Assembly: GCA_976551045.1 (NCBI GenBank)
Contig: CDPCPM010000107.1
Span: 4,898,001 to 4,962,000, forward strand
From: Glaucostegus cemiculus
Lineage: Eukaryota
Length of the DNA stretch: 64,000 nt
Direction: 5' to 3'
Position 1 is the first letter of the stretch. Each line of letters begins with the position of its first letter. The position numbers were made by a program, and so were the translations under genes. This document shows, in pieces, positions 12,175 through 24,320 of the stretch. The notes below the pieces were generated by a model, which did not search any database, was not told where the DNA came from, and saw only the letters and a program-made list of their open reading frames with translations.

Positions 12175-13119
12175 TTAATTCTTGGCCTTTTGTTTGCAAC
12201 GCGGTGTCTGGAGAAGCCCGCGTCTTTTTATGCCGCGCTGTTCCTTCTCACGAACAAAGCTATTGAAAAACTTAACAAGTTCAGGGCAAATCAGATGACA
12301 AGGCAAACAAAACAATGGAAGGGTGGCGGAGGGAGAGGGGCACTGTCTTTCTTTAGAAGCATCTCTGATTCTTCTTCCCGTAAGGAATGGAAAATGAGAG
12401 TGTTGACTCGAACCTTCGCTAGGGAACCTAAGTCCCGGCACCTGGAATGTAAAGCACATTCATGAATTGTCCCAGCACTGCTAACATAACTCATCCCGCA
12501 GATACGCGGAGTGCATCAATTCCCTCACTTTAGAACGTGTCGTGCATTTTCTCTATTAAATAAAAAGCACAGCAGAATTTCCCGTCCTTAGCGCAGCAGT
12601 CAAATGGCTATCTAATTGTGCCAGAACCGCGACAGAATGGATATCTGCTCTGTCCAGCGGCCTGCGAGTGCTCTCTCCCATTCACAGAGGCAAAGGATGC
12701 CACACACATTCTGTTTGTTCAACATGAGCAAACAGATTGTAAACTTGCTGATAATTTTTGCACTGACAATGTCATTTACAGCTGTCAGCCTTTTGTCTGG
12801 CGTGTTTGCTTTATTCAAATATGAACCGAGCGGACCTCCCTTCCGCCGCTTTCTTCTGCATTAAATTCACATCAATTCACTTCCATTCGGTCTTATCTGC
12901 AATTCATTGGAGGCCAATCATCTGGTTGAATGCTTTGGTGTTGCCATGGTGGTGGAGGGTCCAGTCAGAGGCCTCTGTGAGCTTGAGGTCTGGGCTGGGT
13001 TAACTATCCATTTTCTTCTGACACAACCCCCACTCCAGCAGGAGACTACTATGCAACTCATATATATAAAACTCATATGGCAAGTGTATCATCCCAATGG
13101 CAATGGCGCTATGTACAAA

Positions 13120-13245
13120 AATGTGCTGACACAATTGAATGTAGTGACCAAATTACACTAAGAATGTAAAGAGCGTTGCACCGTGTTTATTCTTTTGTAT
13201 ATATGTTTTATTATGAATAAAATTTGTTTCTGAAATTTGAAAAAT
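13120..13245 (+). mobile_element. Tx1-like LINE 3' tail
   Basis: 'gaccaaattacactaagaatgtaaag...tgaataaa' matches the reverse complement of 17760-17795 and 38320-38410. Confidence 0.55.
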
Positions 13246-13946
13246 GTAAACGTTTTGCATCCCTTTACTACAGAAAGTCTAGCAGGCCAATGAGTTTTGA
13301 CCTGACACGCTGCTTTTCTCCGAATCCGGTGAGTGTGTTAGGTTTTTTTTTATCTTACACTGTTTGTCCTCGCACTTGTCCCGGGGTAACCAATGCTCCC
13401 AGCTGGCCTATTTTCCCCCAGCTGCTTCCCGGGGAGTTCAGAAACGTTTCGGAAGCATCTTCCCATTGTGCGGAAGGTCAGGGCAAACAGCAATTCAATG
13501 AACGCGTCCACTTGTTAGAAGCGCAGGTGTCGTTCAGTTGGTACTTGTGTGCCACTGAACAGGCGCAGGAGCCCACCGGCCCCGATTTTAACCTGGATCG
13601 GGACAAGTGCTTTATCTGTTCCCAGGCTTCACCTGCAAGCGTAGGGTTGGGTACTGGAGCGCCCACAGCAGGGACGCTCTCCGTCCCTGTGAGTATTGAG
13701 CGTACTCGGGACGCGCACGTCCCTGTCATTAAAGTGCCCTTCTGAAAGTGGTCAGAAGTAAATGCCGGTGCACATTTTCGTCTGCGCTCATTTGGCCTCC
13801 CCGCTCACTGTAAGGACCGGAGTCACTGACAGTTGGGGTCAAAGGCAGAGTAGCGAGCACATGGGTACTTCAGGAATGAAGTTTATTTGGGAGGGTTTCA
13901 GGTTGAGGTGGGTGGCGGGGGCCAGGGGGAGTTCGAATGAGATTCA

Positions 13947-14325
13947 CGATGATGCTGGAGGAACTCAGCAGGCCAGGCAGCATCCGTTGAGTAAAGCAGG
14001 CGGCCAACGTTTCAGGTCAGGACCCTTCTTCAGGACTGAAGATAGGAAAAGGGGAAGCCCAATATATAGGAGGGAAAAGCGGAGCAGTGATAGGCGGACA
14101 AAAGAGGGGAGGTGGGCTGGGCACAAGGTGGTGATAGGTAGATGCAGGTAAGAGATGGTGGTAGGCAGGTGTAGGGGAGGAGGGGAGAACAGATCCACGG
14201 GCAGGGTGGAATGGGTCAAAGTAAGTAATCCCCCCAAACCCCCTACCCCCCAACCATGCCTCTTCCTTTCTTCCCTTTGCAAGCCTCTTTTTTTCTGCCT
14301 TGTTTCCTCCTTACCTTTGACCCAT
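13947..14325 (-). mobile_element. Young Penelope pLTR with an internally inverted segment
   Basis: 13947-14225 is highly similar to 33068-33270 and to the reverse complement of 43960-44232. 14221-14325 is the adjacent pLTR segment in the opposite orientation. Confidence 0.85.
14001..14038 (-). ncRNA. Minimal type I hammerhead ribozyme motif (Penelope-associated)
   Basis: CAGTC-CTGAAGA-A-GGGTC-CT-GACCT-GAAA-CG-TT-GGCCG: intact CUGANGA/GAAA core, stem II, palindromic stem III; stem I imperfect. Confidence 0.6.
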
Positions 14326-14329
14326 CTTT

Positions 14330-15600
14330 CCCGTAATGTAGTGACCAAAATTCTTTGCATTATCAAGGGATAGTCTAACAAGTGTTGCAAACTGTACAAG
14401 TATAACTTTCCCTTAATGTGGTGACCACAATTGTATGCATTCTCAAGCTATGGTCTAACAAGGAATGATAAATGTTCAAGTATGACTTTCATGCTGTATA
14501 ATCTATATATCAGATGACAAAAGAAAGCAGCTTATTTGTTTGCTCAACAACTTTATTGACCTGCCCTCTGACTTATGGGTGGTATGGTTCTATAGTGGTT
14601 AAGTTCCTGAACTAACCAATGACTTGGGCAATTGATCAGGAGACATCAGGACAAATTCTGCCTTGGCAGCTGGGAAAGTTAAAGTAAATAAATCTGGATT
14701 TTTTTTTAACAAAATAGCTTGTACTGTAACTATGCAACTGGTGAATTGTCATTAAAAAAAATCCCACCTTGTTCACTAATGTCATACAGAGTAACAATCT
14801 GCTGTCATACACAGTCTGCCCTATATGTGACTCCAGTTGCACTTATGTGTTTGACTGTATTTGCCTCCTGAGTTTTGAGAAATTAAGGATACTGATGGTT
14901 GATCTTCTGGCAATACCCACATCCCACCAAGAAATGAGAAAACATACACAAATGTCCCTCTGTTCCTACTCGTATCCTGCCTTCTGTGTACTTCTTTATC
15001 TTGTTGCACCTCTCCAAATGCAATACTTTGGGTCTTCTGCCCAGCTGACTGGATATTATATATCTGTCTCCAGTCTAAACCTTCCTTCCTCTCTGTCAAC
15101 CACACAGTCAACTTTTGGCTCATCTTCAAATGTCTCTATCATGACACACATATCAAGTCAAAGTCCTTAATATACAGTATTAACAGCTAGTGGTGAACTC
15201 AGTGTAATCCTACTGTTACCAGCCATTAACCACCACTCTTTGCCTCCTGCCATTTTTGCACCCAATTTGCTGCTCTCCCTTAATTCCATGGGTTTTCACA
15301 TTATGACCATCAAAATCTTCTTAAGAGCCACATAAATTACCTCAACATGCCACACTCATTGACCCTCCTTTTCACTTCCTCAAAAAATTAAGTTGTTCAT
15401 TAATCATCCATGTTAAGCAATCTCTTCTCCTTTATGATTTTGTTTAACACCTACTACTCTGGCCAAATTTCAGTCTCAATGTTTCCACCAATATTTCAAT
15501 TGTCCCTTTGTTAAACACTGGAGATATCAAACCACTTTACATCCATGAAGTTTCAGAAATTTGGAAGTCAGTTTGCAAGGTGCCACAAGTAGTAATTTGA
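14330..15600 (-). mobile_element. Old CR1 remnants interrupted by a tRNA-SINE (about 14578-14870)
   Basis: Degenerate 'gtggtgaccacaattgtatgcattctcaag' and 'cacagtcaacttttggctcatcttcaaat' (RT FADD region). SINE head 'tatagtggttaag'. Confidence 0.55.
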
Positions 15601-15679
15601 TCATAATTAGGTCATCTGTTTTCAGTGTATTTCCTTCATTGGTAAGACAGTTGGGAGAACACTGCCTTTCTCTGAATGA

Positions 15680-16340
15680 GTACATAAGAAAGTAGGATCA
15701 GGAGTAGGCCACTTAGTCCCTTATGTCAGCCCTGCCATTCAACATGATCATGACTGATCTGCCCAGTCCTCATCTCTGTTGCTGTGCCAGTGTACCAGTT
15801 CTCCATAGCCTCCAATTCCCTGTTTGTTCAAAAAGTTATCTATTTCCTCTTTAAATACCTCCATTCTTCTAGCCTTCACAACCATCCAGGATAAAGATTT
15901 CCTGAGATTTACTGTTCTCTACTAGAAGTTCCTATGCTCTTCAGTTTTAAAAAACTGCCCCCTAAACTTGTAACTGTGTTCCCTTATTCAAAATTCTTCC
16001 ACTACTGGAAACATCTCAACATCCACCCTGTCTTGCTCAATAATCTTAGAGTAGTACAACATGAAAACAGGCCCTTCAGCCCAACTCGTCTATACCAACC
16101 AAGGTACTCACCTAATACACCTTTGGTCCATATCTCTCTCAACCTTTCCTATCTATGTACTTGTCCAAATGTCTTTTAAATATTGCTATTGTATCTGTCT
16201 GAACTACCTTCTCTGGCAGCACATTCCGTACAAAAAACCACTCTCTGGGTGAAGAAGTTGCCTCTCAGGTCCCTCTTAAATCTTTTCCCTCTCACCTTAA
16301 ACCTATGCCCTCCAGTTTTTAGTTCCCTTTCCTTGGGGAG
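15680..16340 (-). mobile_element. Two adjacent CR1 3' fragments
   Basis: 3' ends 'cataagaaagtaggatcaggagtaggcc' (15683) and 'aaacaggcccttcagccca' (16065); degenerate FFTQRVV motif. Confidence 0.75.
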
Positions 16341-16469
16341 AAAACAAAACCAGAAGGAGAAACAGGGTGCCCTGCAGGTTGGTCAGGATTGGGGCTTAAC
16401 CTCCACATTACCTCCACTTTCTTGCTCCATCCTTCATCTTCTTTGAGCCCAAAAGCAAATCAATCCCGT

Positions 16470-17030
16470 CATATATGCACTTTACAAATGTATCATATAA
16501 AGCATCCTATCCAGATGCATCACAGCTTGGTTGGGCAACTGTCCTGCCCAAGATCACAAGAAATTGCAGAAAGTTGTGAGTGCAGCCCAGTCCATCACGC
16601 AAACCCATCTCCCCTCAACTGACCCCATCTACACTCCCTGCTGCTTTGGGAAAGCAGCCAACATAATCAAGAGCCCCTCCCACCCAGGTCATTCTCACTT
16701 CTCCTCTCTCCTGTTGGGCAGAAGCTACAAAAGCTTGAGAACACACATCACCAGGCTCAAAGACTGTTTCTATCCTGCTGTTAGCAGATTCTTGAACGTT
16801 AGCTCTCATTCAAAGATGAACTCTTAATCTACCTCGTCATAGCCCTTGCACTTTATTTGTCCACCTGCACTGCACTTTCTCTAACTGTAACACTATATTC
16901 TGCATTCTGTTTTCCCTTTTACTACCTCGATGTACTTATGTATGGAAAGATCTGTCTGAATGGCATTCAGGCAAAAGCTTTTCACTGTATTTTGGTATGG
17001 GTGACAATAATAAACCAAAATCAATACAAA
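16470..17030 (+). mobile_element. Rex1/Babar-clade LINE 3' fragment
   Basis: ORF 16531-16827 has GNCPAQDHKKLQKVV...SHPGHSHFS...GRSYKSLRTHITRLKDCFYPAVSRFLN, the Rex1 RT C-terminus; 3' UTR ends 'gtgacaataataaacc'. Confidence 0.88.
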
Positions 17031-17269
17031 TACCTGGGAAATCTCCAGTATGAGTGAAGTATGGCAAGAACTGCTCCATTGGCTGCGCATCACTAAACAA
17101 ATCCTAGTTAGCCTCACAAACTTCTGTAAGTTATTCCAAGGAGATGAACAACATCAACCCTATCATAATTTACTGAGTCAGTAAAATTCCCAGATTTAAT
17201 TATAATGTCCTATAATTTATGAAAATTGCCAGGTTTTTTGGAAACACGGTGGATAACTCTGAGTCGGCC

Positions 17270-17592
17270 AGTGGTCTTATATGTTTCAATAAGATCAGCC
17301 CTCACTCTTCTAAACTCCAAACAGAACAGATCTAATTTCTTTAGCTGCTCATGACAGAAGAACCCCCTCATCCCAGTAATTAGCCCAGTGAATCTCTTTT
17401 GGACTTCCTCCAAGGCCACTTTATCCTTTCTTAAAATAGGGGACCAAAACTATGCATAGTATTCCAGGTGTGGCCTCACCAGTACCCTACATTTGTTGCA
17501 ATACTTCCCTATCTCTGAACTCCAACCCTCTTGCAATAAAGATCAATATGTCTGTTTCCTTCTTAAACATTGCTGCACCTGCCTACTAACTT
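17270..17592 (-). mobile_element. CR1 fragment
   Basis: ORF 17210-17419: ALEEVQKRFTGLITGMRG...LEFRRVRADLIETYK. Confidence 0.85.
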
Positions 17593-17659
17593 AATTAGTG
17601 CTAAGAATTAATAATACCATGGGATCTCAGAGAGCAGAGTTCTTCTTCCTCATACAGCA

Positions 17660-17725
17660 CAAGCAGCATCTGTAAAAAACCAAGGTGACTTTTCAGGTGG
17701 ATGACCTTTCATCAGAACTGGGAAG
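17660..17725 (-). mobile_element. Penelope pLTR fragment with hammerhead core
   Basis: Minus strand: CAGTT-CTGATGA-A-AGGT-CATCC-ACCT-GAAA-AGTC. Confidence 0.55.
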
Positions 17726-17754
17726 CAAGTCTGTGTTAGAATGAAGTCAAGTGC

Positions 17755-18030
17755 AAAAGTCTTTTACATTCTTAGTGTCATTTGGCCAATACATCCAGTC
17801 GTGTTAACTTTTTTTTAAACCATAGCACCATTGCCACTCATGTGGCCCCCTGGAGTGATACACCTTTTAGCGTTTGAGGGGCTTCCCCACCTAACTCAGC
17901 CCCTCCATGTGCAGTAGTGGAAAGACCTTAGACTTTGTTCCTTCCCCACAGAGCCTTTGTACTGCCTGCACCAAGCTTCAATGCATCCCTCAGCATGTAC
18001 TCCTGCAGCCTGGAACGTGCCAGTCAACAG
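17755..18030 (-). mobile_element. Tx1-clade LINE 3' end
   Basis: Minus strand reads LARSRLQEYMLRDALKLGAGSTKALWGRNKV*, homologous to the C-terminus at 50770-50862. Confidence 0.7.
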
Positions 18031-18629
18031 CATTTATAATGTTAAGGCACTAACATTTGCAGAGGCCAAGTGATCAGGTATTGTATGGTCAGAACGTCAT
18101 AAAGCTCCAGGAATGCCTCCAATTGGAGTTAACGATCCTTGGGTGAACATATTGATGGTGCTGGTGCATTGTGATTGACAAGCTCTTTTCTGCCAGGTGA
18201 AACATTCCAGTCCTAATCTTGTGTCTTTCAACATCACATTAGAAACTGTCAGGAGATTTTGGTTTGAATTATTGTAAAGAATCTTAGATTTTGGTGGATT
18301 ATACTGGTCAATTGTGACAGAGAATCTGAGAGTAAACTGCACAGAGGATGATTCAAATTCCAGAGGTTGTAATGATCCACTTTACTCTTGAACTCCCAAC
18401 GCTTGCATGGGAGGAATTTTAAATGTGAAACGTAACACTGAAAACACTTAAAAATAATTATGAAATTAATTGACATTGGTTGAGATATACAATTTTAAAT
18501 GGGTATAGCCAGTGCTAAGAGCATTATTTTAAGTGTGATTCTAATTACAGGTCACATAAGAATTTTAAACTTAGCAAAAGACACCACAACAAACTGATTC
18601 TTCATTCCAGCCAGTTAACTAATTAACAC

Positions 18630-18750
18630 CAAAGCAAAATACTGCAGATGCTTGAAATCCAAAATTTAAAAAAAACACTCAGGAGTTCAGATAGCATCCA
18701 CAGAAAGAGAAACAAAATTAACATTTCAGGTCAAAGGCCTTTCAACTGTG
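18630..18750 (-). mobile_element. Penelope pLTR fragment
   Basis: 'aaatactgcagatgct...agcatccacagaaagagaaac' block. Confidence 0.55.
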
Positions 18751-18849
18751 CATATTCTGCAGAGTGCAAGACCATTAGTGGTGCATATATTGGATGCAGT
18801 TAATGTTTCTTTCGCACATGCACAGATGAGTTTAATCAGTCCCATAGTA

Positions 18850-19045
18850 GGTTCCCACAGTGTCAGCAAAATAAAAGGGTTGATCACTGACTTCAGGAAA
18901 TGGGGTGGAGTACACACCCCTTTCAGTAACAATGGTGGTGAAGTGGAGATGGGCGAGAGCTTCAAGTTCCCAGGTGTAAGTATTGGCAACAACTTGTCCT
19001 GGACCAGCCATATGGATGCTATAGCCAAGAAAGCACAATCACATT
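18850..19045 (+). mobile_element. Rex1/Babar RT fragment
   Basis: KIKGLITDFRK...VEMGESFKFPGVSIGNNLSWTSHMDAIAKKAQ in ORF 18748-19056. Confidence 0.8.
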
Positions 19046-19879
19046 TGAAGACATGAGTACATAATCAACACCAGTGCTGATGAATGCTACACTGAAGAGT
19101 GTCTTGGACATGTTGTTGAACTGTGCACCCCCTCAAAAGATACAAAAGATTCAATGTTAATTAATCAAAGGAGAGAAGAGGAGTTTTCAGTGTATTTGAT
19201 TCATTGGTATGAGTAGCTTGTTTTAAACAACTGGTGACCTGCCAGTATTTGTTCTCGGCCAACATCATGAAAACTGGTTATTTGATCATTTTATTTTACT
19301 GATTCTTTGTGGAACCATTTGTGCTCATGTAGGTGGCTTTATCTTCCACTTTATAATAGTGGCTATACTTATAAGGTGCTTCAGTGCCTTTTAAGTATTT
19401 TGGGGCATTGTGAAAGCTGCAATATCATTCTTTCTTCTTTTCTCTGCATACTTTGTGCCATCATCTTTGCCAACAGATGTTCAGTCCCATTTCTCCAACC
19501 ACTTTCCTAAGCTGTCTCATCTTCTCCACTTTTCTCATCACCACTAAAGAAACTCTTTAAGACTCATCTTTCCAACTCTCTTTATACTTTCACCCTTAGC
19601 TTCATAAAGGGAGACATGCATTAACATGTAGCCAGATCCTGTTTAAACCGACCTGTGCTTCATCTCGCTGACCAACACCACCCCAAAATGAATCCCATGG
19701 ACACAGTTACCTGGGTGGTAGCCTGCAGGATCCATTGTACTGCTAGCATTGGTACCACATCCGAGGTGGTGGAACCTGATGCGCTGCCCCAGTGTAGCCA
19801 GTATCTCCCTATCAGTTCGCTCTGTCACCCACTGTTCTAAAATTAATAGTTTAAAATAACTTTAAAAAAATAATTAATT

Positions 19880-22220
19880 CACAAGATCACAAGACAAGGG
19901 AGCAGAAGTAGGCCATTCAGCCCTTCGAGTCTGCTCCATGAGAAAAGAAAAGATATATCTATCCCCAATTTCCAGCCTTATCCCCATCTCCCTTGATACC
20001 TTGATTAATTAGGTACCTATCCAACTCCCCTTTAAATGCCCCCACTGACTGAGCCTCTACAGCTGTATGTGGCAGAGAATTCCACAATTCCACCACCCTC
20101 TGACTAAAGTAATTTCTCCTCATCTCTGTTTTAAACTGATTCCCTCTGATTCTAAGTCTGTGCCCTCTAGTCTTGGACTCACCCACCAAGGGAAACAGCC
20201 TTTCCACATCTACTCTATCCATTCCTTTCAACATTCTAAATACTTCTATGAGGTCCCCCCTCATTCTTCTGTACTCCAATGAGTACAGTCCAAGAGCCGA
20301 TAAACGCTCGTCATAGGTCAGCCCTTTCATACCAGGAATCATCCTTGTAAACCTCCTCTGGACCCTCTCCAACATCAGCACATCCCTTCTAAGGTGCGGG
20401 GCCCAAAACTGCACACAGTATTCCAAATGAGGACGTACCAGTGCTCCATAGAGCCTCATCATCACTTCCCTACTTCTATACACTATACCTCGCGAAATGA
20501 ACGCCAACATAGCATTCGCTTTCTTTATCACCGATCCGACGTGGTGGTTGACTTTTAGGGTGTCCTGCACGAGTACCCCCAAGTCCCTTTGTACTTCCGT
20601 ACTTCCAATTTTCTCCCCATCTAGATAATAATCTGCCCGTTCATTTCTTTTGCCAAAGTGTACTACAGCACATTTGTCAACATTGAATTTCATCTGCCAT
20701 TTCTTTGCCCATTCACTTAACCTATCCAAGTCTCTCTGCAGCCTTCCTGCCTCTTCTATACTCCCTGCTCCATCGCCAATCTTGGTGTCATCTGCAAACT
20801 TAGCTACAAAACCATTTACTCCATCATCCAAATCGTTAATATATAAAGTGAAAAGTAGCGGGCCCAACACCGACCCTTGCGGGACACCACTAGTAACTGG
20901 TCACCATCCAGAACAGGATCCCTTTATTCCTACCCGTTGCTTTCTGCCTACCAGCCAATGCTCGACCCATTTTAATATCTTTCCTGTAATTCCATGCGTA
21001 CTCATCTTATTAATCAACCTCTGATGCGGCACCTTGTCGAAGGCCTTTTGAAAGTCTAAATACACAACGTCCACTGCCTCTCCCTTATCCACCCTACCTG
21101 TGATTTCCTCAAAAAACTCCAATAGGTTGGTCAGGCAAGATCTTCCCTTTACGAAACCATGCTGGCTTGGACCTATCCTGTCTTGAAACACCAGGTATTC
21201 CGTAACCTCATCCTTGAGGATCGATTCCAGTATCTTTCCCACTACTGACGTCAAACTAATTGGTCTGTAATTACCTTTATGCTGCCTCCCACCTTTCTTA
21301 TACAGTGGAACTACGTTCGCTACTCTCCAGTCCTCTGGAACCATGCCGGAGTCCATTGACTCTTGGAAAATAATCACTAATGCCTCTACAATCTCTAAAG
21401 CCACCTCCTTCAGAAACCGAGGGTGCACCTCATCCGGTCCGGGTGACTTATCTGTCTTTAATCCACTTAGCTTCCTTAGCACCTTCTCCCTAGTAATCTC
21501 AACTGTACTCAGTTCAATCCCCTGGAACCCCTGTCTATCTGGTATATTGCTGGTATCTTCCACAGTGAAGACCGATGCAAAATACTTATTTAGTTCTTCT
21601 GCCATCTCTGTATCTTCTATTATAATATCTCCCACACCATTTTCAATTGGTCCTATATCAACCCTTGTCTCTCTTTTACACCTCATATATTTAAAAAAAC
21701 TTTTAGTATCTGTTTGAATGTTATCTGCCAATTTCCTTTCGTAATTCATCTTTTCTTTCCTAATGACCTTCTTAGCTTCTTTCTGCAGGTTTTTAAATGT
21801 TTCCCAATCCTCAGTTTCCCCACTTATTTTTGCTACCTTGTAGGCTCTCCCTTTTGCTCTTATCTTAGCCTTAACCTCTTTCGTTACCCACATATGTGCC
21901 TTTTTTCCATTCAGAACTTTCTTTTTTCTTGGAACATACCTATCCTGCACCTTCCTTATTTCTTGCAAAAACTTTATCCACTTCTGCTCCACCGTCCCAC
22001 CTGCTAGCTTACTCTTCCAATCGATTTGAGACAGTTCCTCTCTCATACTGCTGTAGTTTCCCTTGTTCCATTGCCATATATATGCACCAGTTATGAGCCT
22101 CTCCTTTTCAAATTTGACTCCAAACTCAATCATATTGTGATCACTGGTTCCTAATGGTCCCATTATTTTTAGCTCCCTAATCAGCTCTGGTTCATTGCAC
22201 AGTACCCAATCCAAAATGGC
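19880..22220 (-). mobile_element. Young 5'-truncated CR1 LINE (ORF2 endonuclease tail plus RT) with one premature stop
   Basis: ORFs 20901-22214 and 19959-20870 are in the same frame, separated by TGA at 20901-20903. Motifs: SDHN, KSPGPD, NYRPISLTS, YLDFQKAFDKV, GVPQGSVLGP, FADD. 3' (cacaagat/c) repeat. Confidence 0.95.
19959..22214 (-). pseudogene. CR1 ORF2 reverse transcriptase, truncated and nonsense-disrupted
   Basis: About 750 codons with a single stop (SGW*PVTSG). Most of the APE domain is missing. Confidence 0.9.
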
Positions 22221-24084
22221 TAATTATTTACAATAATTAAATGTAATTATTGTAAATCAATCAAAAACATAAATAGTAAAAAAAACCAAATGAATTAACC
22301 CAAATTTTGAATGGAGTTCAAATGATTGCATATACACTAGCCATGGCTGGCTTAAACTGAGGGACCAGATGTGAAGTGCCTCCTGCCTCATGGCTCAGCT
22401 CAGTTCAGAACTGCAATGTCCAGTGTCAGAGGAGGAGATCAGCTGCACTGCCACTCAACCACCACTGCATTTCCCACTTGTATATCACACTGGGCAGACA
22501 TGGAAATTGAAGACACACTGAACATTGAAGAGTGGATGAGTAGCAGTTCCATATAGAACACTCACCCATATCAATGCTCACTCTGGCCCATTGAGTCTCT
22601 CATGCCCTCTGGATGTCCTAAAGAATTTTAAAGGCAATAAGTAAATTTGTTTCAAGTGTATAAGTGATGTAAGAATATATGCTTAAGCCTTTCATCCACT
22701 TAGTTCTTCCTTCCTTTTCTGAAATATTAACCCTGTTTCTCTCCCCACAGACACCGTCTTAACCGAGAAGTACTTTGAGAATGTGCTGCTTATGTCTCAA
22801 GATAAATAGGGTAGTTTCATGAGTTATATGTAGCAGCTTTTATTTAGGTTGAGATTAGATTCAAGGAGAGCGAAATCCATTTGCTGCCATTCACAATCAA
22901 ATAAGCCTATCATTTCATATCAACAGTGGAACTGCAAGCCTGGTTTCCCTGGATCGGCAATTCTACCACCAGGACACAGGAGTTACACCTTGGTCTCAGT
23001 ATGTATCCTAGATACCATTGTAAAAGTTTCTCATTGACCTCAAACTTGGTTCTGTAAAGATAGAACCAGTAAGTCCAGTCAGCTAGAAAACGAAGGAGTG
23101 ATGGATCTTTGGAAACCAGCAGCTGAACTGAGGTGGACAAATATTTGAAAGTTTGAATGCCTTTGCAACACTGCTAATGGACCAAAAGGAGAAAAGAGTG
23201 TTTCCTCCGCCAATTCTGAAAATCAAGGGCACCCAAGCTATTTACCATCTGCATTCTCCCTCTACCACAGCATCAGACTCCATCGGAGCAAAGACCCCAC
23301 ACAATGCCTGATATTAGAGAGCAGGCAATTCCTTGAAGTCTGGGTTGGATCCCCTCCTCTCCCCCCTCCCCCTACCCCATGTTGGAGTGAATCAGATCCA
23401 TCTGGTTCTTTTCCCTGAGGGAAGTCATTATTCTTAGTGTAAGAAGACCACATTGTAAATGAGGGTGAAGATTGAAAGAAAATCCTTATTTATATGATCT
23501 TACTCATTGTATTATTTCTTATCCATTACCAATTTCACCCAGAAAGCCCACACTATAGATAGTGTGAACAATGAAAATTATACATACTAAAGGCTGCCTT
23601 TCTGAGGTTGAGTCAGAGAGGAAAGCATTCATTAACAATCAAATATACTGCCCCTGGGAGCATAATACAAAGCCCATACTGTATTCCATTCCCTGGCACC
23701 TCCTGTAAGCACAGAGAAGCTGACATAATCTTGCTCTTGCATAACTAGATTATTTTAATTGTTCATTTCACATGTTTTGCTTCATCACTCATCAGAGATT
23801 CTTGGTGATTTACACAGAATAGAGAGATTTGTCAGTTAATCTGACATTGGGCCAAAATGAAGGTGGATGTTTTGTTCTGTGAATGTGCAGGCAAATACCT
23901 AGTTTTAGTTGGGTTGGAATTTGGTGCACTTCTGACTGGTAGACATGACACTTCATAAGGAAATTAGAGGAAGAAATTATGTCTGCACATGTCTGATATG
24001 TACTATTAATGCCATCCACCTCACAACAAACAAATGCTAGTCCTGTCACATAATGTATGCTGAGGACGCCACCAAAGTTGGTCA

Positions 24085-24320
24085 TTGGTAATTGGTTTAT
24101 TATTGTCACATGTACTAAGATACAGTGAAAAACATTTGTTTGTGTGCCATCCAGGCAGGTCATTCCATACATAAGTGCACAGAGGTAGTACAAAAGGCAA
24201 AATAAAAACAGAATGCAGAGTACAGTGTCACAGTTGCAGAGAAAGTACAGTGTAGGAAGACAAATAAAGTGCTCGGGCCATGACAAGGTAGACTGAGAAA
24301 TCAAGAGTTCATCTGTATCG
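24085..24320 (-). mobile_element. Rex1/Babar 3' UTR
   Basis: 'ggtttattattgtcacatgtac...acagtgaaaa', the reverse complement of the tail at 16980-17030. Confidence 0.8.

Larger units (their letters stand above)
10960..13900. promoter_or_regulatory. CpG-enriched, nearly repeat-free block; candidate enhancer/CNE cluster or promoter
   Basis: Visibly more CG dinucleotides than the flanks. Octamer ATTTGCAT at 11299 and 11733, TGACAATGTCA palindrome at 12764-12774, many TAAT/ATTA cores. Function not demonstrated. Confidence 0.5.

Noticed and set aside
12443-12454. miR-1/206-like sequence TGGAATGTAAAG
   Set aside because: Only 12 nt match and I see no pre-miRNA hairpin.
13224-13745. 173-aa ORF as a host gene
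   Set aside because: No ATG start, no recognisable domain; such ORFs are expected by chance in GC-rich DNA.
20901-20903. Selenocysteine or readthrough TGA in the RT
   Set aside because: The copy is 5'-truncated; a nonsense mutation in a dead copy is the simpler explanation.
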